A stretch of DNA of 64,000 nucleotides from Mobula hypostoma (lineage: Eukaryota), in contig NC_086097.1 in the NCBI RefSeq assembly GCF_963921235.1, positions 182,530,001-182,594,000 on the forward strand, given 5' to 3'. Position 1 is the first letter of the stretch; each line of letters starts with the position of its first letter. Under the pieces are notes generated by a model that was not told where the DNA came from, did no database searches, and saw nothing but the letters and a program-made list of their open reading frames with translations. Below are positions 27,085-39,800 of this stretch, in pieces. Position numbers and translations under genes: made by a program.

Positions 27085-30000
27085 ACACCAGCATCCCAGG
27101 GGTCACCATATTTGTACCACAGACGTCAATCTCCCCAAAACATCTGTCCCCCAGCGGTCAGTCACTCCTACATATTTGTACGCCAGGGGTCAGTCTCCCC
27201 AAAATATCTGTACCTAAGGGGTCAGTCTCTCCCACACATCTGTACCCCAGGGGTCAGTCTCCCCCTTACATCTGTACCCCAGTGATCAGTCTCCCCAAAA
27301 CATCTGTACCCCAGGGGTCAGTCTCTCCTACACATCTGTACCCCAGGGGTCAGTCTCCCCAAAACATCTGTACCCCAGGGATCAGTCTCCCCAAAACATC
27401 TGTACACCAGGGGTCAGTCTCCCCTACACATCTGTACCACAGACATCAGTCTCCCCAAAACATCTGTACCCCAGGGGTCAGTATCTCCCATACATCTGTA
27501 CCCAAGGGGTCAGTCTCCCCTACACATCTGTACCTCAGACATCAGTCTCCCCAAAACATCTGTACACAAGGGGTCAGTCTCCTCAGAACATCTGTACCCC
27601 AGGGGTCAGTCTCCCCTACACATCTGTACCTCAGGCATCAGTCTCCCGAAAACATCTGTACACAAGGGGTCAGTCTCCTCAGAACATCTGTACCCCAGGG
27701 GTCAGTCTCCCCTACACATCTGTACCACAGGCATCAGACTCCCCCACATATCTGTCCCAGAAAGGTCAGTCTTCCCAAAACATCTGTACCCCAGCGGTCA
27801 GTCTGCCCTACACATCTGTACCCAAGGGATCAGTCTCCCCAAAACATCTGTACCCCAGGGGTCAGTCTGCCCTACACATCTGTACCTCAGACATCAGTCT
27901 CCCCAAAACATCTGTACCCCAGGGGTCAGTCTCTCCCACACATCTGTACCACAGGGGGCCAGTCTCCCCAAAACGTCTGTATACCAGGGGTCAGTCTCCT
28001 CCACACATCTGTACCACAGGGGTCAGTCTCCCCCTTACATCTGTACCCCAGTGATCAGTCTCCCCAAAACATCTGTACCCCAGGGGTCAGTCTCTCCTAC
28101 ACATCTGTACCCCAGGGGTCAGTCTCCAAAAAACATCTGTACCTCAGACATCAGTCTCCCCAAAACATCTGTACCCAAGGGGTCAGTCTCCCCTACACAT
28201 CTGTACCTCAGACATCAGTCACCCCTACACATCTGTACCCAAGGGATCAGTCTCCCCAAAACATCTGTACCCCAGGGGTCAGTCTGCCCTACACATCTGC
28301 ACCTCAGACATCAGTCTCCCCAAAACATCTGTACCCCAAGGGGTCAGTCTCCCCAAAATATCTGTACCCCAGGGGTCAGTCTCTCCCACACATCTGTACC
28401 ACAGGGGGCCAGTCTCCCCAAAACATTCGTACCCCAGGGATCAGTCTCCTCCAAACATCTGTACCCCAGGGATCAGTCTCCTCCTTAAATCTGTACCCCA
28501 GTGATCAGTCTCCCCAAAACATCTGTACCTCAGGCATCAGTCTCCCCAAAACATCTGTACCCAAGGGGTCAGTCTCCTCTACACATCTGTACCTCAGACA
28601 TCAGTCTCCCCAAAACATCTGTACCCAAAGGGTCAGTCTCCCCAGAACATCTGTACCCCAGGGGTCAGTCCCCCCTACACATCTGTACCTCAGGCATCAG
28701 TCTCCCGAAAACATTTGTACCCAAGGGGTCAATCTCTCCCATACATCTGTACCCCAGGGATCAGTCTCCCCCACACATCTGTACCCCAGGGTGTCAGCCT
28801 CCCCAAAATATCTGTACCCCAGGGATCAGTCTCTCCCACACATCTGTACCATAGGGGTCAGTTTCACCCACACATCTGTACCCCAGGGATCAGTCTCCCC
28901 AAAACATCTGTACTACAGGCATCAGTCTCCCCAAAACATCTGTACCACAGGCATCAGTCTCCCCAAAACATCTGTACACCAGGGGTCAGTCTGCCCTACA
29001 CATCTGCACCTCAGACATCAGTCTCCCCAAAACATCTGTACCCCAAGGGGTCAGTCTCCCCAAAATATCTGTACCTAAGGGGCCAGTCTCTCCCACACAT
29101 CTGTACCACAGGGGGCCAGTCTCCCCAAAACGTCTGTATACCAGGGGTCAGTCTCCTCCACACATCTGTACCACAGGGGTCAGTCTCCTCCTTAAATCTG
29201 TACCCCAGTGATCAGTCTCCCCAAAACATCTGTACCTCAGGCATCAGTCTCCCCAAAACATCTGTACCCAAGGGGTCAGTCTCCGCTACACATCTGTACC
29301 TCAGACATCAGTCTCCCCAAAACATCTGTACCCAAAGGGTCAGTCTCCCCAGAACATCTGTACCCCAGGGGTCAGGCTCCCCTACACATCTGTACCTCAG
29401 GCATCAGTCTCCCGAAAACATTTGTACCCAAGGGGTCAATCTCTCCCATACATCTGTACCCCAGGGATCAGTCTCCCCCACACATCTGTACCCCAGGGTG
29501 TCAGCCTCCCCAAAATAACTGTACCCCAGGGATCAGTCTCTCCCACACATCTGTACCATAGGGGTCAGTTTCACCCACACATCTGTACCCCAGGGATCAG
29601 TCTCCCCAAAACATCTGTACTACAGGCATCAGTCTCCCCAAAACATCTGTACCACAGGCATCAGTCTCCCCAAAACATCTGTACACCAGGGGTCAGTCTC
29701 CCCTACACATCTGTACCTCAGACATCAGTCTCCCCAAAACATCTGTACCCCAGGGGTCAGTATCTCCCATACAGCTGTACCCCAGGGGTCAGTCTCCCCC
29801 TTACATCTGTACCCCAGTGATCAGTCTCCCCAAAACATCTGTACCCCAGGGGTCAGTCTCCCCTACACATCTGTACCTCAGGCATCAGTCTCCCCAAAAC
29901 ATCTGTACCCAAGGGGTCAGTCTCCTCTACACATCTGTACCTCAGACATCAGTCTCCCCAAAACATCTGTACCCAAGGGGTCAGTCTCCGCAGAACATCT

Positions 30001-33000
30001 GTACCCCAGGGGTCAGTCTCCCCTACACATCTGTACCTCAGGCATCAGTCTCCCGAAAACATCTGTACCACAGTTATCAGTCTCCCCCACATATCTGTCC
30101 CAGAACGGTCAGTCTTCCCAAAACATCTGTACCCCAGCGGTCAGTCTGCCCTACACATCTGTACCCAAGGGATCAGTCTCCCCAAAACATCTGTACCCCA
30201 GGGGTCAGTCTGCCCTACACATCTGCACCTCAGACATCAGTCTCGCCAAAACATCTGTACCCCAGGGGTCAGTCTCTCCCATACATCTGTACCCCAAGGG
30301 GTCAGTCTCCCCAAAATATCTGTACCCCAGGGGTCAGTCTCTCCCACACATCTGTACCACATGGGCCAGTCTCCCCAAAACATCTGTACCCCAGGGGTCA
30401 GTATCTCCCATACAGCTGTACCCCAGGGGTCAGTCTCCCCCTTACATCTGTACCCCAGTGATCAGACTCCCCAAAACATCTGTACCCAGGGGTCAGTCTC
30501 CCCTACACATCTGTACCTCAGGCATCAGTCTCCCCAAAACATCTGTACCCAAGGGGTCAGTCTCCCCTACACATCTGTACCTCAGACATCAGTCTCCCCA
30601 AAACATCTGTACACAAGGGGTCAGTCTCCTCAGAACATCTGTACCCCAGGGGTCAGTCTCCCCTACACATCTGTACCTCAGGCAACAGTCTCCCGAAAAC
30701 ATCTGTACCACAGGCATCAGTCTCCCCCACATATCTGTCCCAGAACGGTCAGTCTTCCCAAAACATCTGTACCCCAGCGGTCAGTCTGCCCTACACATCT
30801 GTACCCAAGGGATCTGTCTCCCCAAAACATCTGTACCCCAGGGGTCAGTCTGCCCTACACATCTGCACCTCAGACATCAGTCTCGCCAAAACATCTGTAC
30901 CCCAGGGGTCAGTCTCTCCCATACATCTGTACCCCAAGGGGTCAGTCTCCCCAAAATATCTGTACCCCAGGGGTTAGTCTCTCCCACACATCTGTACCAC
31001 ATGGGCCAGTCTCCCCAAAACGTCTGTACCCCAGGGGTCAGTCTCCCCCTTACATCTGTACCCAAGTGATCAGTCACCCCAAAACATCTGTACCCCAGGG
31101 GTCAGTCTCCCCTACACATCTGTACCCCAGGGGTCAGTCTCCAAAAAACATCTGTACCTCAGACATCAGTCTCCCCAAAACATCTGTACCCCAGGGGTCA
31201 GTCTGCCCTACACATCTGCACCTCAGACATCAGTCTCGCCAAAACATCTGTACCCCAGGGGTCAGTCTCTCCCATACATCTGTACCCCAAGGGGTCAGTC
31301 TCCCCAAAATATCTGTACCCCAGGGGTCAGTCTCTCCCACACATCTGTACCACATGGGCCAGTCTCCCCAAAACGTCTGTACCCCAGGGGTCAGTCTCCC
31401 CTACACATCTGTACCTCAGACATCAGTCTCCCCAAAACATCTGTACACAAGGGGTCAGTCTCCTCAGAACATCTGTACCCCAGGGGTCAGTCTCCCCTAA
31501 ACATCTGTACCTCAGGCATCAGTCTCCCGAAAACATCTGTACCACAGGCATCAGTCTCCCCCACATATCTGTCCCAGAACGGTCAGTCTTCCCAAAACAT
31601 CTGTACCCCAGCGGTCAGTCTGCCCTACACATCTGTACCCAAGGGATCAGTCTCCCCAAAACATCTGTACCCCAGGGGTCAGTCTGCCCTACACATCTGC
31701 ACCTCAGACATCAGTCTCGCCAAAACATCTGTACCCCAGGGGTCAGTCTCTCCCATACATCTGTACCCCAAGGGGTCAGTCTCCCCAAAATATCTGTACC
31801 CCAGGGGTCAGTCTCTCCCACACATCTGTACCACATGGGCCAGTCTCCCCAAAACGTCTGTACCCCAGGGGTCAGTCTCCCCCTTACATCTGTACCCCAG
31901 TGATCAGTCACCCCAAAACATCTGTACCCCAGGGGTCAGTCTCCCCTACACATCTGTACCCCAGGGGTCAGTCTCCAAAAAACATCTGTACCTCAGACAT
32001 CAGTCTCCCCAAAACATCTGTACCCAAGGGGTCAGTCTGCCCTACACATCTGCACCTCAGACATCAGTCTCGCCAAAACATCTGTACCCCAGGGGTCAGT
32101 CTCTCCCATACATCTGTACCCCAAGGGGTCAGTCTCCCCAAAATATCTGTACCCCAGGGGTCAGTCTCTCCCACACATCTGTACCACATGGGCCAGTCTC
32201 CCCAAAACGTCTGTACCCCAGGGGTCAGTCTCCCCCTTACATCTGTACCCCAGTGATCAGTCTCCCCTACACATCTGTACCCCAGGGGTCAGTCTCCAAA
32301 AAACATCTGTACCTCAGACATCAGTCTCCCGAAAACATCTGTACCACAGGCATCAGTCTCCCCCACATATCTGTCCCAGAACGGTCAGTCTTCCCAAAAC
32401 ATCTGTACCCCAGCGGTCAGTCTGCCCTACACATCTGTACCCAAGGGATCAGTCTCCCCAAAACATCTGTACCCCAAGGGGTCAGTCTCCCCAAAATATC
32501 TGTACCCCAGGGGTCAGTCTCTCCCACACATCTGTACCACATGGGCCAGTCTCCCCAAAACGTCTGTACCCCAGGGGTCAGTCTTCCCAAAACATCTGTA
32601 CCCCAGGGGTCAGTCTCCCCAAAACATCTGTACCCCAGGGGTCAGTCTCCCCAAAACATCTGTACCCCAGGGGTCAGTCTCCAAAAAACATCTGTACCTC
32701 AGACATCAGTCTCCCCAAAACATCTGTACCCCAGGGGTCAGTCTGCCCTACACATCTGCACCTCAGACATCAGTCTCGCCAAAACATCTGTACCCCAGGG
32801 GTCAGTCTCTCCCATACATCTGTACCCCAAGGGGTCAGTCTCCCCAAAATATCTGTACCCCAGGGGTCAGTCTCTCCCACACATCTGTACCACATGGGCC
32901 AGTCTCCCCAAAACGTCTGTACCCCAGGGGTCAGTCTCCCCCTTACATCTGTACCCCAGTGATCAGTCTCCCCAAAACATCTGTACCCCACGGGTCAGTC

Positions 33001-35240
33001 ACTCCTACATATCTGTACCCCAGGGGTCAGTCTCCCCAAAATATCTGTACCACAGGGGTCAGTCTCCCCAAAACATCTGTACCCAAGGGGTCAGTCTCCC
33101 CTACACATCTGTACCTCAGACACCAGTCACCCCTACACATCTGTACCCAAGGGATCAGTCTCCCCAAAACATCTGTACCCCAGGGGTCAGTCTGCCCTAC
33201 ACATCTGCACCTCAGACATCAGTCTCCCCAAAACATCTGTACCCCAAGGGGTCAGTCTCCCCAAAATATCTGTACCCCAGGGGTCAGTCTCTCCCACACA
33301 TCTGTACCACAGGGGGCCAGTCTCCCCAAAACATTCGTACCCCAGGGATCAGTCTCCTCCAAACATCTGTACCCCAGGGATCAGTCTCCCCAAAACATCT
33401 GTACCCCAGGGGTCAGTCTCCCCTACACATCTGTACCTCAGGCATCAGTCTCCCCAAAACATCTGTACCCAAGGGGTTAGTCTCCGCTACACATCTGTAC
33501 CTCAGACATCAGTCTCCCCAAAACATCTGTACCCAAAGGGTCAGTCTCCCCAGAACATCTGTATCCCAGGGGTCAGGCTCCCCTACACATCTGTACCTCA
33601 GTAATCAGTCTCCCGAAAACATTTGTACCCAAGGGGTCAATCTCTCCCATACATCTATAACCCAGGGATCAGTCTCCCCCACACATCTGTACCCCAGGGT
33701 GTCAGCCTCCCCAAAATATCTGTACCCCAGGGATCAGTCTCTCCCACACATCTGTACCATAGGGGTCAGTTTCACCCACACATCTGTACCCCAGGGATCA
33801 GTCTCCCCAAAACATCTGTACTACAGGCATCAGTCTCCCCAAAACATCTGTACCACAGGCATCAGTCTCCCCAAAACATCTGTAAACCAGGGGTCAGTCT
33901 CCCCTACACATCTGTACCTCAGACATCAGTCTCCCCAAAACATCTGTACCCCAGGGGTCAGTATCTCCCATACAGCTGTACCCCAGGGGTCAGTCTCCCC
34001 CTTACATCTGTACCCCAGTGATCAGTCTCCCCAAAACATCTGTACCCCAGGGGTCAGTCTCCCCTATACATCTGTACCATAGGGGTCAGTTTCCCCCACA
34101 CATCTGTACCCCAGGGATCAGTCTCCCCCACACATCTGTACTACAAGCATCAGTCTCCCCAAAACATCTGTACCACAGGCATCAGTCTCCCCAAAACATC
34201 TGTACCCCAGGGGTCAGTCTCCCCTACACATCTGTACCTCAGACATCAGTCTCCCCAAAACATCTGTACCCCAGGGGTCAGTCTCTCCCATACATCTGTA
34301 CCCCAGGGGTCAGTCTCCTCCTTACATCTGTACCCCAGTGATCAGTCTCCCCAAAACATCTGTACCCCAGGGGTCAGTCTCCCCAACACATCTGTACCCC
34401 AGGCATCAGTCTCCCCAAAACATCTGTACCCCAGGGGTCAGTCTCTCCTACACATCTGTACCCCAGGGGTCAGTCTCCCCAAAACATCTGTACCTCAGGC
34501 ATCAGTCTCCCCAAAACATCTGTACCCAAGGGGTCAGTCTCCCCTACACATCTGTACCTCAGACATCGGTCTCCCCTACACATCTGTACCCAAGGGATCA
34601 GACTCCCCAAAACATCTGTACCCCAGGGGTCAGTCTGCCCTACACACCTGTACCTCAGACATCAGTCTCCCCAAAACATCTGTACCCCAGGGGTCAGTCT
34701 CTCCCATACATCTGTACCCCAAGGGGTCAGTCTCCCCAAAACATCTGTACCCCAGCGGTCAGTCTCCCCAAAACATCTGTACCGCAGGGGTCAGTCTCTC
34801 CCACACATCGGTACCCCAGGTGTCAGTCTCCCCGCTACAGCTGTACCCCAGGGATCAGTCTCCCCAAAACATCTGTACCCCAGGGGTCAGTCTCCCCAAA
34901 ACATCTGTACCATAGGGGTCAGTTTCCCCCACACATCTGTACCCCAGGGGTCAGTCTCCCCAAACCATCTGTACCCCAGGGGTCAGTCTTCCCTACACAT
35001 CTGTAGCTCAGACATCAGTCTCCCCAAAACATCTGTATTCCAGTGGTCAGTCTCCCCAAAACATCTGTATCCCAGGGGTCAGTCTCCCCCACACAACTGT
35101 ACCCCAGGGCGCCAGTCTCCCCAAAACATCTGTACCCCAGGGGTCAGTCTGCCCTACACATCTGCACCTCAGACATCAGTCTCCCCAAAATATCTGTACC
35201 CCAGCGGTCATTCTCCCTAAAATATCTGTACCCCAGTGGT
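27085..35240. repeat. Satellite C, left block: 32-bp unit CAGTCTCCCCAAAACATCTGTACCCCAGGGGT and variants, in intron 1 of the DRC11-like gene
   Basis: The 32-bp period was read directly. Degenerate units start about 30 nt from the exon 2 acceptor. Confidence 0.96.
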
Positions 35241-36650
35241 CAGTCCGACTGCAATATCACCAGTACCACAGAGGTCAGTCCGAACACAGTCACCAGACCA
35301 CAGGGGTCAATCCGAACGCAGTCACCAGACCACAGGGGTCAGTCCGAACGCAGCCATCAGAATACAGGGGTCAGTCCAAACGCAGTCACCAGACCACAGG
35401 GGTCAGTCCGAACACAGTCACCATACCACAGGGGTCACTCCGAACGTAGCAATCTGAATACAGAGGTCAGTCCGAACGCATTCACCAGAATACAGGGGTC
35501 AGTCCGAACGCAGTCTCCAGAATACAGGGGGCAGTCCGAAGGCAGTCACCAGACCACAGGGTTCAGTCCGAATGCAGTCACCAACTACAGGGGCCAGACC
35601 GAAGGCAGTCACCAGAATGCAGGGGTCAGTCCGACTGCTGACACCAGACCACAGAGGTCAGTCCGAACACAGTCACCAGACCACAGGGGTCAGTCCGAAG
35701 GCTGTCAACAGACCACCGGGGTCAGTGCGAACACAGTCACCAACCACAGGAGCCAGTCCGTACACAGTCACCAGACCACAGGGGTCATTCCGAACGCAGT
35801 CACTAGACCACAGGGATCATTCCGAACCCAGTCACCAGAATACAGGGCTCAGACCGAACGCAGTCACCAGACCACAGGGGTCATTCCGAACGCAGTCACC
35901 AACTACAGGGTCCAGTCCGAATGCAGTCACCAGACCACAGGGGTCAGTCCGAACGCAACCACAGGGGTCAGTCCGAACGCAGCAATCAGAATACAGGGGT
36001 CAGTCCGAACGCATTCACCAGAATACAGGGGTCAGTCCGAAAGTAGTCACTAGACCAAAGGGGTCAGTCCGAACTCAGTACCAGACCACAGGGGTCAGTC
36101 CGAACGAAGTCACCAGAATACAGGCGTCAGTCCAAACACAGTCACCAGACAACAGGGGTCAGTGTGAACGCAGCCACCAGAGCATAGGGGTCAGTCCGAC
36201 CGCAGTCACCAGACCACAGGTGTCAGTCCGAACGCAGTGACCAGAATACATGGGTTATTCCGAACCCAGTCACCAGACCAGAGGGGTCAGTCCGAAGGCA
36301 GTCTCCAGACCACAGGGGTCAGTCTGAACGCAGTCACTAGACCACAGGGATCATTCCGAACGCAGTCACCAGATCACAGGGCTCAGTCCGAACGCAGTCA
36401 CCAACTACAGGGGCCAGACCGAAGGCAGTCACCAGAGTGCAGGGGTCAGTCCGACTGCTGTCACCAGACCACAGAGGTCAGTCCGAACACAGTCACCAGA
36501 CCACAGGGGTCAGTCTGAACGCAGTCACCAGAATACATGGGCCATTCCAAACGCAGTCACCAGACCACAGGGGTCAGTCCGAACACAGTCACCAGACCAC
36601 AGGGGTCAGTCCAAACGCAGTCACCATACCACAGGGGTCAGTCCGAACAC
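35241..36650. repeat. Satellite D: 32-bp CpG-containing unit CACCAGACCACAGGGGTCAGTCCGAACGCAGT embedded in satellite C and truncated by the assembly gap
   Basis: Direct reading. It shares the CAGGGGTCAGTC core and the period with C. Confidence 0.93.
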
Positions 36651-36850
36651 NNNNNNNNNNNNNNNNNNNNNNNNNNNNNNNNNNNNNNNNNNNNNNNNNN
36701 NNNNNNNNNNNNNNNNNNNNNNNNNNNNNNNNNNNNNNNNNNNNNNNNNNNNNNNNNNNNNNNNNNNNNNNNNNNNNNNNNNNNNNNNNNNNNNNNNNNN
36801 NNNNNNNNNNNNNNNNNNNNNNNNNNNNNNNNNNNNNNNNNNNNNNNNNN
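36651..36850. other. Assembly gap (200 N); true intron and array length unknown
   Basis: Run of exactly 200 N, a placeholder-type size. Confidence 0.99.
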
Positions 36851-39800
36851 CCCTACACATCTGTACCTCAGGCATCTGTCGCCCCAAAACATCTGTACCT
36901 AAGGGGTCAGTCTCCCCAAAACATCTGTACCCCAGGGGTCAGTCTCCCCTACACATCTGTACCCCAGGGGTCAGTCTTCCCTACACATCTGTAGCTCAGA
37001 CATAAGTCTCCCCAAAACATCTGTACCCCAGGGGTCAGTCTCCCCCACACATCTGTACCCCAGGGGGTCACTCTCCCCAAAATATCTGTACCCCAGGAGT
37101 CAGTCTTGCCTACACATCTGTACCTTAGACATCAGTCTCCCCAAAACATCTGTACCCCATGCATCAGTCTCCCCAAAACATCTGTACCACAGGGGTCAGT
37201 CTCCCCCACACATCTGTCCCCCAGCTGTCAATCTCCCCAAAACATCTGAACCCCAGGTGTCATTCTCCCTAAAACATCTGTACCCCAGGGGCCAGTCTCT
37301 CCAATACATCTGTACCCCAGGGGTCAGTATCCCCCACACATCTGTACCCCAGGGCGCCAGTCTCCCCAAAACATCTGTACCCCACGGGTCAGTCTTTCCC
37401 ACACATCTGTATCTCAGACATCAGTCTCCGCAAAATATCTGTACCCCAGAAGTCAGTCTCCCCTACACATCTGTACCTCAGGCATCAGTCTCCCGAAAAC
37501 ATGTGTACCCCAGGGGTCAGTCTTTCCCATACATTTGTACCCAAGGGGTCAGTCTCCCCCACACATCTGTACCCCAGGGGGTCAGTCTTGCTAAAATATC
37601 TGTACCCTAGGGATCACTCTCTCCCACACATCTGTACCACAGGGGGCAAGTCTCCCCAAAACATTTGTACCCCAGTGGTCAGTCTCCCCAAAACATCTGT
37701 ACCATAGGGGTCAGTTTCCCCCACACATCTGTACCCCAGGGATCAGTCTCCCTAAAACATCTGTACTATAGGGGTCAGTTTACCCCACATATCTGTACCC
37801 CAGGGATCAGTCTCCCCAAAACATCTGTAACCCAGGCATCAGTCTCCTCCACACATCTGTCCCCCAGCGGTCAATCTCCCCAAAACATCTGAACCCCAGG
37901 TGTCATTCTCCCTAAAACATCTGTACCCCAGGGGTCAGTCTCCCCTACACATCTGTACCTCAGGCATCAGTCTCCGGAAAACATCTGTACCCCAGGGGTC
38001 AGTCTGTCCCATACATTTGTACCCCATGGTTCAGTCTCCTCCACACAACTGTACCCCAGGTGTCCGTCTCCCCCCTACATCTGTACCCCAGGGATCAGTC
38101 TCCCCAAAACATCTGTACCCCAGCAGTCAGTCTCCCCAAAACATTTGTACCCCAGCGTCAGTCTCCCCAAAACATCTGTACCCCAGGGGTCAGTCTCTCC
38201 CACACATCTGTACCATAGGGGCCAGTCTCCCCAAAACATCTGTACCACAGGCATCAGTCTCCTCCACACATCTGTACCACAGGTGTCAGTCTCCCCCCTA
38301 CATCTGTACCCCAGGGATCAGTCTCCCCAAAACATCTGTACCCCAGGGATCAGTCTCCCCAAAACATCTGTACCATAGGGGATCATTTCCCCCCACACAT
38401 CTGTACCCCAGGGATCAGTCTCCCCAAAACATCTGTACCACAGGCATCAGTCTCCCCAAAACATCTGTACCCCAGGGGTCAGTCTCCCCAAAACATCTGT
38501 ACCACAGGCATCAGTCTCCCCCACACATCTGTCCCCCAGCGGTCAGTCTCTCCAAAATATCTGTACCCCAGAGGTCATTCTCCCCAAAACATCTGTACCC
38601 CAGGGGTCAGTCTCTCCCATACATCTGTACCCCAGGGATCAGTCTCCCCAAAACATCTGTACTACAAGCATCAGTCTCCCGAAAACATCTGTACCCCAGG
38701 GATCAGTCTCCCCCACACATCTGTACCCCAGGGTTCAGTCTCCTCCACACAACTGTACCCCAGGTGTCCGTCTTCCCCCTACATCTGTACCCCAGTGATC
38801 AGTCTCCCCAAAACATCTGTACCCCAGGGGTCAGTCACGCCTACACATCTGTACCCCAGAGGTCAGTCTCCCCAAAACATCTGTACCCCAGGGGTCAGTC
38901 TCCCCTACACATCTGTACCTCAGGCATCAGTCTCCCCAAAACATCTGTACCCCAGGGGTCAGTCTCTCCCACACATCTGTACCCTAGTGGGTCAGTCTCC
39001 CCAAAACATCTGTACCCCAGGGGTCAATCTTCTCCACACATCTGTACCACAGGCATCAGTCTCCCCAAAACATCTGTACCCCAGGGTTCAGTCTCCCCAA
39101 AACATCTGTACCATAGGGGTCAGTCTCTCCCACACATCTGTACCCCAGGGGTCAGTCTCCCCAAAACATCTGTACCCCAGGGGTCAGTCTCCCCAAAACA
39201 TCTGTACCCCAGGGGTCAGTCTCCCCTACACATCTGTACCTCAGGCATCAGTCTCCCCAGAACATCTGTACCCCAGGGGTCAGTCTCCCCTACACATCTG
39301 TACCTCAGGCATCAGTCTCCCGAAAACATCTGTACCCCAGGGGTCAGTGTCCCCCACACATCTGTACCCCAGTGATCAGTCTCCCCAAAACATCTGTACC
39401 CCAGGGGTCAATCTTCTCCACACATCTGTACCTCAAGCATCAGTCTCCCCAAAACATCTGTACCTCAGGCATCAGTCTCCCCAAAACATCTGTACCCAAG
39501 GGGTCAGTCTCCCCAAAACATCTGTACCCCAGGGGTCAGTCTCCCCTACACATCTGTACCTCAGGCATCAGTCACTACAAACATCTGTACCCCAGGGGTC
39601 AGTGTCCCCCACACATCTGTACCCCAGTGAGTCAGTCTCCCCTCTACATCTGTACCCCAGGGATCAGTCTTCTCCACACATCTGTACCACAGGCATCAGT
39701 CTCCCCAAAACATCTGTACCCCAGGGGTCAGTCTCCCCAAAACATCTGTACCATAGGGGTCAGTTTCCCCCACACATCTGTACCCCAGTGGTCAGTCTCC

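Noticed and set aside
26610..27086. 158-aa ORF overlapping exon 2
   Set aside because: It is an alternative frame of the true exon; the IQCA1-like frame is the one partly shown by ORF 26684-26926.
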